Part shown: in pieces, positions 8,334 through 18,937 of the stretch
Layout: every line of letters begins with the position of its first letter
Position numbering within the stretch: the first letter of the stretch is position 1
Source of the DNA: Bacteroidota bacterium
Lineage (GTDB): Bacteria; Bacteroidota; Bacteroidia; UKL13-3
Assembly (NCBI GenBank): GCA_027484685.1
Contig: JAIXSO010000048.1
Location: 8,477 to 72,476 of the forward strand
Direction: 5' to 3'
DNA: 64,000 bases
Program-made: the position numbers and the translations under genes
The notes under the pieces: model-generated
What the model was told of the DNA's origin: nothing
The model's input: the letters and a program-made list of their open reading frames with translations, nothing else
The model's database searches: none

Positions 8334-11300
8334 TTAAAACGAATCGAAATCAGCTGGACGCATTACACCAAACCATTTGATAATTCTTTCTCCAATGCCT
8401 GGAGCATCAATATGAACTAGATAAACACCACTTGATATAGGAACATTTGCATCATTGCGTAAATCCCATTCAATATATGTTCTAGTATCATCATCTTTTG
8501 GAATTCTTCTTACCAAGAAACCGCTTTGAGTATAGATTGAAACTACACATTTTTTTGGAACGTTTATAATTTTTACTCTATTATCCAAAGCATTGCCAGG
8601 ATCTTCATATCCACTATATGCATAATATGGATTTGGCGAAATATTAACCATATCTAAAGCCTTATTACCAGCAGTTTTATCGTTAATAACAGGAGCAATG
8701 CTATTCGTATTGAATTCGTACAAAGGTTGACCAGCATTTGCTAATGGTGTATCAACATTATTGATGTAACGAGCATATGGACGTTTTACTCTAATTTTTA
8801 CCGTTGCATCATTTGGAACTAAACCATCAGCCATACTTCTTAAGCGAGAAGTTTGAGCTAAAATTGGCATTGTAACCCACATAAATTGAGATAAGAAATA
8901 ACGTTTTTGTAAGGTATTAGGTTCATCAGAAGGATTGGTTACATTTAATAATTGTTTATAAGTAACACCTTCATCATACTTAGGGCCTCTAAATAATACA
9001 TTATTACCCACTTTAAGTTCTTTAGCACCCATAACATACACGTGGTGTTTTCCTCCAAATGCTGGTACACCATTACTCGAATTACCATCAAACCAGTTTA
9101 CAGTAGGATTCCAAATCATATCGTTACCATTTTCACCAGGTAATGAAGAGTCTTCACCAAAAACAATGTTCAATCTTTCACCTGTTTCTACATTGATAGC
9201 ATATCCTGGGAACCAACTTAAACCAAAGCTACCAGACTCAGGTTTACCATTTTTATCTACCGAAGCAGATGCTCTGATATTGCCTTTAGAAACATTGCCA
9301 ATATTTTGTTCTTTGTTTTCACCCATTTCTAATACAATACAACGAGTCCATTTTGATTTATCATTTGTAAATACAACATCAACACCTTGTAAACTTGAAA
9401 TAGGATTATCTTCAGAAATTTGATTAGTATTTGGAGTTAAACTAATTCCGGGACCATAAGAAGCTGGGGTTGAACCACTTTTTACAGCCTTGGCGCATAA
9501 CTCAAATGGAGCCCAAGTTCCACCTAATATATTACTATATTGTTTTCTAGGATCAATCGCCACTTTATTACCAGCAATTGATCTAAAGAAATCATGATCC
9601 GTTAAATTAGTAAATTCGGGAGTTCCAGTATTACCAGATCTTATCCAATTAAATGGTGCTAATGCTACAGCACCGTCAGGAATACCGCTTAACCATCTAT
9701 TAGTAGGATCGGCAAAAGTTATAGATGCATCTATGTAACCATTAGATAAATCATTATTATTATTGGGGTCACCAGGAGCAGCTACTTGATTAACAGTAAC
9801 TGATAAACCTAACTCATCAAAAATTTGTTCATTTGCCATCATTAAGTTTCTAGTTCCGGCATATACTTTACCAGTAGCAGTGTTAATTATTTTCCAAGAA
9901 GAAGTAGCTCTAGCTAATGAATCTGAAATCCTTGGGTTCGTTGAAGAATCAGTAATAAAAAGTTTAAAATTTGCTAAAGGAACTTTAAATGGATTGATAA
10001 CCTTAATTGTTACAGGTCCTTGACCTTCAATATAACTTGGCCTTTTAACATAATAAGGTGCAATTAATGCTGAATCAATCGATGCTTTTGACAAGTTAAT
10101 AAAATTTCCTCCATTACCAATACCTTCAATTCTGGTTAAAGCTGGCCCACTTGTGAAACCTGAATTTAATTGAGTACCTTGCTGATGACCATATGATAAA
10201 TGTGGAGTAGCAGTTAAGATAACTGGTCTAGAACCTGATAAATATTGCGTAGCTTCTTGAGGACAATTAGTTACAGCAGCATAAGGAATAATTAAGTAGT
10301 GGTAATTTTTATAATTTACCAAAGTTTGGTCAGATTCAACAGAGAATGCATCTTTAGTTATTTGGAAAGAATGCTTGATTCCTTTGTCCTCACCACTTAC
10401 CATTATCCTTTTAACATTGCCTAAATCTGCATCATTAACAGTATTAACAATAAATCCTATACCATCTTGAATGTCACATTGACCAACTAATCTTATTTGA
10501 TCTCTATCAGAGAAATCACTTGGAGTAGAAGGTACCTTTAATTGGAATATTTGATATCCTTGGAATTTATAGTCAGTAGAATCAGCGCATAATCCTGCAA
10601 CTTTAGCTTTAAAATTTTCTGGTCTTTCAGAGTTTACAATATTTAGAATTAACTCACGATTTAACTCAGTAATTTTTACTGCATTATCGTCAAATTCAGG
10701 ACCTCTTAAAATTCTGAAGTTGTTCTTAAATAATACAGTTGCTTTATCACTAGCTTCTTTTAATAAATTAAAAGAACCAGTAGCACCGCCAGTAGTGGCT
10801 CTAGCCCAAACAACACCGATTGTGACTCTATTTACAGCACCAGGTAATAATTTGAATGAACCAGCAGTTTGTAAGAAACGTCTGTCAGCGGGCGTATTTC
10901 CGGCAATTCTTTCTGTCCATAAAGCTCTTCCTGCAGGGTCAGTAGCGCCAGGGAACATATAACTTGAGGTGTCAGAACCTCCTCTGCCATTGCCTCCGTA
11001 TGTAATTGGTTGTCCATCTCTCCAACGTCCGTTTAAGTAATTCCAAAAATCGTTTGGTCTTGCAGGATTTCCTTGTTGTGATTGGTTATTATCGTAATAA
11101 ACAAATTTTGTTAATCCTATTTGCTTTTGATTTTCGTCAAGGGGACCTTCAAAAAAATTAACCCCCACACTAGGAGGATTTAAACCATAACCTAAAATAC
11201 CTTCATCGTTATCATCACCATTATAACAGATTCCAAGATTTCTCTTTACATCACACTCAACATAATCATCAGAATAATTACCTAAATCTGGATCTACCCA

Positions 11301-12173
11301 TTGACCAAAAATACAGCTATCTATAATTTCTGTTCCACGATTGGTTATAGTAGTTCTGTAAAAAGTCATGTTGTTAACTTCATCATTAGTAGCAAAACCA
11401 AATGCTTGTAATTTAAACTCTAAATTCAAAGGTAAACCTTGAGTTTCAGAGTGAATATTACCTTTATCATTGTAACAGATAAACATCATTTGATCAGGAA
11501 TTGAAGCTAAACCAGCTTCACCTTGATTAAAAGTTGGGTAATCTCCGTCTTCATAATTGTAATTTCCATCATTGTTCACATCAAAGAATGGAGCTAGAAA
11601 TTTAGTCTCGCCTGGACCGCCATTTCCTGGCCAACTCATAATATCTGATGCTACTGCTTCTCCATCAATGAATTTAGAAATTTCAGTACGTGTTACTGTC
11701 CAAATTTTATCAAATTCTTTACATCTGGTAGATGTTACAGAAGCAGAACCATCAATTTGTAATGGTCCTGGAAAAAAGTCATTACCATTTTGACGGTAAG
11801 TTTGCGCAGCTAAACGTAAATTACCTTGGGTTATTCCACCAATCCAAAGTGCACCAGAGAATAATGAATTCTTGGCAACTTGACCAGTTTGAACTTTAGG
11901 AATTTCGTAACGTGCATTACTTAAATTCCACCACATGTCACCACCATTTAATATAATGGTTCTAACATTATTAATCGACAATTCTTTTTGTGCTGTTGCA
12001 GGAGCACAACCTGCGCCCATTTTTGCTAATGGATTAGATTTTATATTTGGTAAAACATTAGAGGAGTTTCCTGCTAATTTGCCGATACCAATATTTTCGC
12101 GGGCTTGTAAGTTTAAAAAACCTATAGCACTTAATACGAGTGTTGCTGTTTTTATATATTTAAAGTTTAACAT
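8334..12173 (-). CDS. very large secreted protein with T9SS type-A C-terminal sorting domain; function unknown
   Basis: 1279 aa with an N-terminal signal peptide. The last ~100 aa (ISPNPYYAY...VVSIYTQSGFLVRRI...WDLRNDANVPISSGVYLVHIDA) fit the Por-secretion CTD pattern. DxNxDG-like calcium-loop motif (FDVNNDGNYNYEDGDYP). No catalytic motif recognised. Confidence 0.7.
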   Translation of the reverse strand: MLNFKYIKTATLVLSAIGFLNLQARENIGIGKLAGNSSNVLPNIKSNPLAKMGAGCAPATAQKELSINNVRTIILNGGDMWWNLSNARYEIPKVQTGQVAKNSLFSGALWIGGITQGNLRLAAQTYRQNGNDFFPGPLQIDGSASVTSTRCKEFDKIWTVTRTEISKFIDGEAVASDIMSWPGNGGPGETKFLAPFFDVNNDGNYNYEDGDYPTFNQGEAGLASIPDQMMFICYNDKGNIHSETQGLPLNLEFKLQAFGFATNDEVNNMTFYRTTITNRGTEIIDSCIFGQWVDPDLGNYSDDYVECDVKRNLGICYNGDDNDEGILGYGLNPPSVGVNFFEGPLDENQKQIGLTKFVYYDNNQSQQGNPARPNDFWNYLNGRWRDGQPITYGGNGRGGSDTSSYMFPGATDPAGRALWTERIAGNTPADRRFLQTAGSFKLLPGAVNRVTIGVVWARATTGGATGSFNLLKEASDKATVLFKNNFRILRGPEFDDNAVKITELNRELILNIVNSERPENFKAKVAGLCADSTDYKFQGYQIFQLKVPSTPSDFSDRDQIRLVGQCDIQDGIGFIVNTVNDADLGNVKRIMVSGEDKGIKHSFQITKDAFSVESDQTLVNYKNYHYLIIPYAAVTNCPQEATQYLSGSRPVILTATPHLSYGHQQGTQLNSGFTSGPALTRIEGIGNGGNFINLSKASIDSALIAPYYVKRPSYIEGQGPVTIKVINPFKVPLANFKLFITDSSTNPRISDSLARATSSWKIINTATGKVYAGTRNLMMANEQIFDELGLSVTVNQVAAPGDPNNNNDLSNGYIDASITFADPTNRWLSGIPDGAVALAPFNWIRSGNTGTPEFTNLTDHDFFRSIAGNKVAIDPRKQYSNILGGTWAPFELCAKAVKSGSTPASYGPGISLTPNTNQISEDNPISSLQGVDVVFTNDKSKWTRCIVLEMGENKEQNIGNVSKGNIRASASVDKNGKPESGSFGLSWFPGYAINVETGERLNIVFGEDSSLPGENGNDMIWNPTVNWFDGNSSNGVPAFGGKHHVYVMGAKELKVGNNVLFRGPKYDEGVTYKQLLNVTNPSDEPNTLQKRYFLSQFMWVTMPILAQTSRLRSMADGLVPNDATVKIRVKRPYARYINNVDTPLANAGQPLYEFNTNSIAPVINDKTAGNKALDMVNISPNPYYAYSGYEDPGNALDNRVKIINVPKKCVVSIYTQSGFLVRRIPKDDDTRTYIEWDLRNDANVPISSGVYLVHIDAPGIGERIIKWFGVMRPADFDSF

Positions 12174-12191
12174 AAAATTATTTTTTTTATT

Positions 12192-15100
12192 TTAAAACTG
12201 AACTGATACTCCAATACGGGTTAAACGTGGTAACAAAAATCTATCAGGATTAACCATCCTTGTATTATATAGGTCAACAAATGACTGTGCATTGGTTGCA
12301 GTTCTAATTTGATCAGCTGCAAAAGGAGAAGTTAAGTAACCATCGTTGTAAGCACTTCCTGTATATCTAAACACTCCAGTTACATTGGCAGCATTTAATA
12401 AATTAGTTACTGTTAAGAAAACACGCATTCTGTATTCTTTTACACTTGCACCAGCTCGCTTATTTTTAATAGTGAAGTTTTTATCTACGTTTAAATCAAC
12501 GTTAAATTGTGCTGGTAAATTAGCCCCATTAGGAGTTCCTTTTATTGGACTTCTAACTGCAGCACCGCTTTGAACACCATCTGGAGTAGAAATTAAATTC
12601 TGTGTGTAAGGACGACCTGAGTATGCAGAAAAAATAAAGTTGAAACCAGCATTCTCTAGAATTTTCTTACCTCCAACTACAGGACCATCATATTTTTTAC
12701 CATCTTTATAATGGAAATCAAAATTGGTTTTGAAAGTGTGGCGTGTATCAAAATCTAAAGGGAAAATGGTTCTAGTATTGGGTAAGCCTGCTTGAATTAA
12801 AGCAGCACTTGATTGTACGTTTGAACCAGTACCATCAGCAAATTGTAATTGATAATTAGCATCAACATTTACATTACCCATATCAATTAATTTATATTCC
12901 AAACCTACTGATTTAACTGTTGAGAAATCTATATTACCAACAGTTGTGTAAGTATTTGGCCAAGCTTGAATATAGCTAAATAACTGTGTCATATTTCTAT
13001 TTTCACGATATGAAGCTATAATACCAATTGCTGAGTTTTTACCAATTTGTTGACGGAAACCAATTTCATAATCGGTAACTTGGGTCATTTTCAAATCAGG
13101 ATTTGCTATAATTCCAGTTAATCGGTTTGACAAAAAGAAATAATCATCAATTTGTGCCACGTTACTACTAGGACGTTGTGTTAAAATATCGTAAGTACCA
13201 TAAAACTGCGATGAAGTACTGATAGGGAAAGAGAACCATACGCGAGGCAATACTTTAACATCTGGCACATAATCTTTAAACGACTCAGCAGTAGGAACCT
13301 TTGAATTATTAGCATCTGCTACTAAAGGAATATTTTGACTAGTACCAGCAGCACGTTGAATAGCAGCAGGATCAGAAACTGGATTACCATTTCTATCATA
13401 CCATTTATTACCATCGCGGTAACCAGCTATACCATAGCTATTTGCCGAAAAATTATCAGTAGTAATATATACCTTCCAATTATCTTGCACTGTACTAGGC
13501 ATAGCATTGATTGTTTCTGGTGAAATTTTTGCCGATGCACCTTGTTTAACCTCACCAGCAGTTAAAATTGGAACCATTGAATATGGATCACGTAATACTA
13601 ACTGGTTTGCATCAAACCTTTCAACACGGACACCAACACGTAAAATCAAATCTTTAAATTGGAATTTATCTTGAATCCAAGCTGCAGCATAAATTGGTTG
13701 GTACGCAGGTAAAATTCTGTTTTTGAAAAACTCATTAATTCCTGGTTTTCCCGAAACTGCATTACCTAAATGATCGTAACCAAAATATCCAACAAAAGAA
13801 TTACCGTTATTCAATAACTCATTAGCAGAGAACATATTTAAGTTATAAGTACCAGGAGCATATGAATTAATATCTAAGAAAGTTTGTTCGGTTATAGGGT
13901 TACCATTATTATCGGTAGCGCCTTGGCTAATTAATTTTGCTCTTAAATTTTTATCAAACTCTGATTGATCAGCAGCATTGATTCTTCTATTGAAAGAAAT
14001 GGTATCTTGAAAAACACCATTAGCATCAAACTTAGCAATTCCAATTGAATCTAAACCTGAAAATTGACGATTTGCTAATAATGGCATCAATTGCCATAAA
14101 TTGCTTGCTGATAAATTGTAGCTACGTTGGAAACGTTGTTCGTATGTTAAACCAAATTGTAAATTATGTTTAGCTTTTAAATTTCTTCTAGGTGCTATTG
14201 AGGCATTAGATTCTAAATAAACAATGTAGTTTTCAAATAAATTTTTAGAATAACCTGCTTGCACATCGGCTAAGTTACCCCACATACCTGAATAAATTGA
14301 TTGAGGATCATCTCCATTTTGCAAGGCACCTAAACCTCTTAATTGATTGAAATTATTAAAGTTATTAGCACCATAATAATTTAAGAATGCTTGAGTATAA
14401 TTTCCTCTAAGTGTATTGAAATCAGCTTTTTGAAAAGTAAATGCTGTATCTCTAAATCCAGTTTGACGAGTATAGCCTGTTAAGTACATTTTTCTACCAT
14501 CATTTAAAGTAATAGTATCAGCTGGTTGTCCAAAAGTTTTTCTAACTGCAGTATATGCAGGAGCATTGTATGTTTTAAATGTTCCAACGTAACCATATTT
14601 AAAGAAATCTTTTCCATGATTAGCATCAAAAGTTTCTGAATAATTACGCTCATAACTAACACGAACAGTATAATAAGCATCCGAAATTTTTACACCTTTA
14701 GTTAAAGTAGATTCTAACCTTGCTTTAGCAGTATCCTCTTTTTTATTAAACATTTGGGTAAATTGTAAATAAATTAACCCATTATAACCTTCTGTTCTTG
14801 AATTATTGGCAGAATTCAATAATGAGTGGAAACTATTCCAATTATTTCTGGCAAAAAACTGTGCCTGGTAGCCCAATTTAAAATTCATATTATTACTAGG
14901 TTGATAATTAAAGTTACCACTAGTATTAATATTGTAAGAAGAAACATTTTGACGGTAGTCAACTTTTTCCAAATCACCTTTGGTTAAAAATTCAGCCGCA
15001 GGAACAAGGGTACCCAATGTATTTGGACGAACAGGAGTTTCTTCAATTTCTTTCATTTTGGCATCCTTCACTTTATAAACATCAACCGCAGGTAAACCTG

Positions 15101-15959
15101 GGTCTAAGGCGTAAAAGCCTCTAACGGAGTTAGTAAATCCAATTAATACCTTTTCTCTTCCATCAACACCTTTATCTTTTAACATAATTGGCCCCGAAAC
15201 AAAAGTGGTAAACTCATTTACATGCGAATTATCCAAGTAACCATAAAATGGACTAGCAGTTCTGTATTCGAAAAAACGCACCCATTGTTTAGTTGGGGCT
15301 TTAGTGGTAGCACTGATAGCTCCTCCAGTAAAATCTCCATAAGAAGCAGGAGTACCACCAGTGATAACCTCTAAATTTTCAATGGCATTAGCAGGTAAAT
15401 TAATACCTTGAACACGCACACCATCAATATAATAAGCAGTGTTTTCAGCACGCGAACCACGAATATTTGGAGCAGCTCCGCCACGCGAATCAACACCACG
15501 TGAAATACCTGCAATTGCATTTAAATTTTGAGTTCCTTGCTTATTTATGTTTTTAAAGTTGTTCTGATTGGGATCATCTTTATCAATCAACTGTACTTTA
15601 TTTCCAAGTACTTCAACTTCTTTCAAATTCTTATTTGACATTGAAAAAGTCCTTGTGGTAATTTTATTATCACCTTTTACTGGAACATCCTGCATAACTA
15701 TTTTTTGATAACCAACCAAAGAAACAGAAATATTGTACAAACCGGCTGGAATAGCGGTAAACTCAAACTCACCGTCTTTGTCAGTGTACTTTGATTTTTT
15801 AATACCCCCACCACCTTCAATAATTACAAGCACAAATTCAATTGGCTTTTTTGTGTTATCATCAATAACTTTTCCTTCAAGCACACCCAGGTTAGATTGG
15901 GCTGTGGCCAAAGCTGAAAGGCCTATTAAGGCCGCTAATAATAAATATATCCTTCTCAT
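12192..15959 (-). CDS. TonB-dependent-receptor-like outer-membrane barrel with N-terminal carboxypeptidase-regulatory-like domain
   Basis: Signal peptide (ALATAQ). CarboxypepD_reg-like segment (LEGKVIDDNTKKPIEF...DGEFEFTAIPAGLYNISVSLVGYQ). Plug-like motifs (NIRGSRAENTAYYIDGVRV, LEVITGGTPASYGDFTGGAISATTK). C-terminal aromatic residue (VSVQF). It stops 18 nt before the next gene. Confidence 0.8.
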   Translation of the reverse strand: MRRIYLLLAALIGLSALATAQSNLGVLEGKVIDDNTKKPIEFVLVIIEGGGGIKKSKYTDKDGEFEFTAIPAGLYNISVSLVGYQKIVMQDVPVKGDNKITTRTFSMSNKNLKEVEVLGNKVQLIDKDDPNQNNFKNINKQGTQNLNAIAGISRGVDSRGGAAPNIRGSRAENTAYYIDGVRVQGINLPANAIENLEVITGGTPASYGDFTGGAISATTKAPTKQWVRFFEYRTASPFYGYLDNSHVNEFTTFVSGPIMLKDKGVDGREKVLIGFTNSVRGFYALDPGLPAVDVYKVKDAKMKEIEETPVRPNTLGTLVPAAEFLTKGDLEKVDYRQNVSSYNINTSGNFNYQPSNNMNFKLGYQAQFFARNNWNSFHSLLNSANNSRTEGYNGLIYLQFTQMFNKKEDTAKARLESTLTKGVKISDAYYTVRVSYERNYSETFDANHGKDFFKYGYVGTFKTYNAPAYTAVRKTFGQPADTITLNDGRKMYLTGYTRQTGFRDTAFTFQKADFNTLRGNYTQAFLNYYGANNFNNFNQLRGLGALQNGDDPQSIYSGMWGNLADVQAGYSKNLFENYIVYLESNASIAPRRNLKAKHNLQFGLTYEQRFQRSYNLSASNLWQLMPLLANRQFSGLDSIGIAKFDANGVFQDTISFNRRINAADQSEFDKNLRAKLISQGATDNNGNPITEQTFLDINSYAPGTYNLNMFSANELLNNGNSFVGYFGYDHLGNAVSGKPGINEFFKNRILPAYQPIYAAAWIQDKFQFKDLILRVGVRVERFDANQLVLRDPYSMVPILTAGEVKQGASAKISPETINAMPSTVQDNWKVYITTDNFSANSYGIAGYRDGNKWYDRNGNPVSDPAAIQRAAGTSQNIPLVADANNSKVPTAESFKDYVPDVKVLPRVWFSFPISTSSQFYGTYDILTQRPSSNVAQIDDYFFLSNRLTGIIANPDLKMTQVTDYEIGFRQQIGKNSAIGIIASYRENRNMTQLFSYIQAWPNTYTTVGNIDFSTVKSVGLEYKLIDMGNVNVDANYQLQFADGTGSNVQSSAALIQAGLPNTRTIFPLDFDTRHTFKTNFDFHYKDGKKYDGPVVGGKKILENAGFNFIFSAYSGRPYTQNLISTPDGVQSGAAVRSPIKGTPNGANLPAQFNVDLNVDKNFTIKNKRAGASVKEYRMRVFLTVTNLLNAANVTGVFRYTGSAYNDGYLTSPFAADQIRTATNAQSFVDLYNTRMVNPDRFLLPRLTRIGVSVQF

Positions 15960-16074
15960 GTAAATGTTTGTTACAAATTATTAATTGGATTGATTTTAAG
16001 AGCGTAAATTAAATGGGTTTTCTTCAATAAATCAAACATCACCCAAAATAGCCGCTCAAGTAATTTTATTGTGC

Positions 16075-17001
16075 TTATTTTAAGTCAGTTAATTTTAAGA
16101 GTATGGATTGCGCAATTTTTTCATAGCTCTCAAAAGTCCAACCGGCAATATGCGGTGATAAAACTACTTTTTTGTTGTTTATAAGGTAGTCAAAATCTTT
16201 TTGCTGCTGGTTGCTTAGGTTATTTATTTTTTCATTTTCCAATACATCAAAACAAGCTCCCTTTATTTTCATATTATTCAGATATTCAATTGTTTCAGGC
16301 ATATTTACCACCTCTCCACGGCACATATTTAATAGGTAAATATTTTTTTTAAATTGTGTAAAAAAACTTGCATTCACCCAATTTTTAGTTTCAGGTGTTA
16401 ATGGAACATGTAGCGATAAAATATCACTTTCTTCAAAAATTTGCTCCAAAGTTGCCTCTTGTGCATTTTGGTTAGAATAATTTTCCAAATATTTATCATA
16501 TGCCAAAATTTTCACATCAAAACCGGCTAATTTTCGGGCAAATGCTTTTCCTGTATTTCCAAAACCAATAATTCCTACCGTTTTTCCATTTAATTCATAG
16601 CCTCTGTTGCCTTCTCTATCCCAAATTTTATTTCTTACCTCAAAATCAGCTTTAGCTAAATTACGCATTAAACTTAAAAGCATGCCTAAAGTATGTTCAC
16701 CTACAGCATCGGCATTGGCTTGCCCAGCGTTAAAACAATAAATTCCTTTTTGATTGGCTAAATCCAAATCAATATTGTCTAATCCGCTGCCTGCTCGCGC
16801 AATAATTTTTAAATTTGGAGCAGCAGCAAAAATTTCTTTATCAATTAAAGTTTTGGTACGCACCACCAAAACCTCAAAAGGTGCAATTATTTGTAAAATT
16901 TCGCTTCTATTAATAGCAGGCAAATAAGTTACTTCATAACCAATTTTCTCTAATCCTTCTGTTAATAAACTACTTACATCGTCAATAATGAGTACTTTCA
17001 C
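16075..17001 (-). CDS. D-isomer-specific 2-hydroxyacid dehydrogenase family protein (phosphoglycerate dehydrogenase-like)
   Basis: NAD-binding GIIGFGNTGKAFARKL. Catalytic-domain layout with SPHIAGWT near the C-terminus. Confidence 0.85.
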   Translation of the reverse strand: MKVLIIDDVSSLLTEGLEKIGYEVTYLPAINRSEILQIIAPFEVLVVRTKTLIDKEIFAAAPNLKIIARAGSGLDNIDLDLANQKGIYCFNAGQANADAVGEHTLGMLLSLMRNLAKADFEVRNKIWDREGNRGYELNGKTVGIIGFGNTGKAFARKLAGFDVKILAYDKYLENYSNQNAQEATLEQIFEESDILSLHVPLTPETKNWVNASFFTQFKKNIYLLNMCRGEVVNMPETIEYLNNMKIKGACFDVLENEKINNLSNQQQKDFDYLINNKKVVLSPHIAGWTFESYEKIAQSILLKLTDLK

Positions 17002-17160
17002 TGCTGCAATAAAGTTAATTTAACAAAGAAAAGAAATTGACTTAAAGCATATATCTGATAATCTACTATTTACAAAAAATGCTTGTTTGCAGATTTGTTT
17101 TAGCTAACAATTTCTTAAAACATTTTTCCCTGAAACGCTTTATTAAATGAAACAAATTAT

Positions 17161-17790
17161 ATGATACAACTGCTTACATCAGATTTTGAAAAACTAGAAA
17201 AACAAAAACGTACTAATTTAATCAATTGCCTTTCGGGTTTAAGGGCTGCTAATTTAATTGGCACTATTAATAATAGCGGAAAAAGTAATTTGGCCATTTT
17301 CAACTCGGTTAATCATATTGGTGCCAACCCGCCATTAATGGGTTTTATTCAAAGACCAGCTAGTGTTGAAAGGCATACCTATGAAAATATAAAAAATAAT
17401 GGATGTTTTACCATTAACAATGTAAACGAAAATATTTACAAACAAGCCCATCAAACTGCTGCCCGATTTGGAGAAAATGAAAGCGAATTTGAAAAAACTG
17501 GCCTTAACGAATTTTACTCCAACGTAATTAAAGCACCATACGTAACCGAAAGTTTGGTAAAAATAGGTTTAACATTTGAAGAAGAAGTTTTGATTAAATC
17601 AAATAATACCATTTTGGTAATTGGTAGAGTAGTGGAACTTATAATTAACGAAGATTTTTTAACAGAAGAATATTTACTTGATTTAAGTAAAACCAAAAGC
17701 ATTGCTGTTCAAGGTTTGGAGACTTATTACAAAGCAGAAAAAATAGCAACTTTACCTTATGCTAAACCTGATTTGAATATTTTAACTTAA
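17161..17790 (+). CDS. flavin reductase-like (FMN-binding split-barrel) domain protein
   Basis: 209 aa. The pattern RAANLIGT...AIFNSVNHIGANPPLMGF resembles the flavin reductase-like domain family. Recognition is moderate only. Confidence 0.55.
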   Translation: MIQLLTSDFEKLEKQKRTNLINCLSGLRAANLIGTINNSGKSNLAIFNSVNHIGANPPLMGFIQRPASVERHTYENIKNNGCFTINNVNENIYKQAHQTAARFGENESEFEKTGLNEFYSNVIKAPYVTESLVKIGLTFEEEVLIKSNNTILVIGRVVELIINEDFLTEEYLLDLSKTKSIAVQGLETYYKAEKIATLPYAKPDLNILT

Positions 17791-17860
17791 CCCAAAAATA
17801 TTTGCTTGCACAATTTGAGTTAATTACTCTTATTTTTTTTAGCTAATATCGAAGCCAAAT

Positions 17861-18937
17861 ATGATTTTAGCTTTACGAATATTAGCTGCACCTTTTGCAC
17901 TGCTTTATGGTTTTATATTATTTATACGAAACTGGTGTTACAGTGCGGGGTTATTGCCTGAGACATCTTTTGAGTTACCGATAATTAATGTAGGTAATTT
18001 GGCTTTTGGCGGAACAGGAAAAACGCCTCACATTGAATATTTAATAAAACTACTCAAACCTACCCACAAAGTTGCTGTTTTAAGCCGAGGCTATAAACGC
18101 AAAACCATTGGTTATTTTTTTGCAAGCAATGAAAGTAGCGCTACCGAAATTGGCGATGAGCCTAGACAAATAAAACAAAAATTTAAAGATGAAATTCATC
18201 TTGCCGTTAGTGAAAATAGAGTTATTGGCGTGCCAAACTTACTTTTTGATGCAGATGATACTGATGTAATTTTATTGGATGATGCTTTTCAGCACAGGGC
18301 TATCAAAGCGGGATTGAATATATTATTAACCGATTACCATAATTTATTTACCCAAGATTATTTAACGCCAGCCGGCACTTTACGAGAATACCGAGCAGGC
18401 TATAAACGTGCTGATATTATTATAGTTACCAAATGTAATGCCGATTTACAGCAAACTGAAAAAGATAAAATTAAAGCTCAAATAAAACCTTTAGCACACC
18501 AACAAGTATTTTTTAGCTATCAAAAATATGATGATTTGGTGCCCTATTTCAACGGAAATATTGAAAATCAAGTAAACCTAAAAAATGCTGATGTTTTAAC
18601 ATTTAGCGGAATTGCAAAAGCCGATAGTTTTGAAAATTATTTGGACCAAAATGCCCGTAAAGTATTAACTGCTTGGCGCTTTGGCGATCATCATGACTTT
18701 ACGAAGGAAGAAATTACTAAACTTTTAGCTGAATTTGACAGATACGAGTCTGAAAATAAAATATTGTTAAGTACAGAAAAAGATGCCATGCGATTACAAA
18801 CCGATGAGTTCAAAGATTTGCTAAAAAATTATCCTATTTATTATTTGCCTTTGCAAGTGGCATTTTTCGAAAATGATAAAGAAAAATTTAACCAAACCAT
18901 TTTAAACTATGTTGAACAAAATAAACGAAGCTACTAA
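17861..18937 (+). CDS. lpxK: tetraacyldisaccharide 4'-kinase
   Basis: N-terminal membrane helix, P-loop GNLAFGGTGKTP, LSRGYKRK and LLDDAFQHR motifs. Confidence 0.9.
   Translation: MILALRILAAPFALLYGFILFIRNWCYSAGLLPETSFELPIINVGNLAFGGTGKTPHIEYLIKLLKPTHKVAVLSRGYKRKTIGYFFASNESSATEIGDEPRQIKQKFKDEIHLAVSENRVIGVPNLLFDADDTDVILLDDAFQHRAIKAGLNILLTDYHNLFTQDYLTPAGTLREYRAGYKRADIIIVTKCNADLQQTEKDKIKAQIKPLAHQQVFFSYQKYDDLVPYFNGNIENQVNLKNADVLTFSGIAKADSFENYLDQNARKVLTAWRFGDHHDFTKEEITKLLAEFDRYESENKILLSTEKDAMRLQTDEFKDLLKNYPIYYLPLQVAFFENDKEKFNQTILNYVEQNKRSY

Noticed and set aside
8334-12173. Considered calling the 1279-aa protein PorU (T9SS sortase). Its size and its position directly upstream of a PorV-like gene mimic the flavobacterial porU-porV pair.
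   Set aside because: I could not recognise gingipain/C25-type catalytic His/Cys blocks. The upstream partner is a TonB-dependent-like barrel rather than gldJ. The sequence has a cargo-like type-A CTD. Without a profile search this is not fully excluded; see the first finding for the decisive test.
18909-18937. 29-nt lpxK/PNP overlap and 32-nt TauE/M28 overlap (49686..49717) as possible signs of frameshift or mis-annotation.
   Set aside because: Both downstream proteins start with convincing N-termini: the PNP N-terminal helix, and the M28 signal peptide MKYLVLILLFSLFGNVFAQ. Both upstream proteins are full-length. Such overlaps are ordinary in compact operons.
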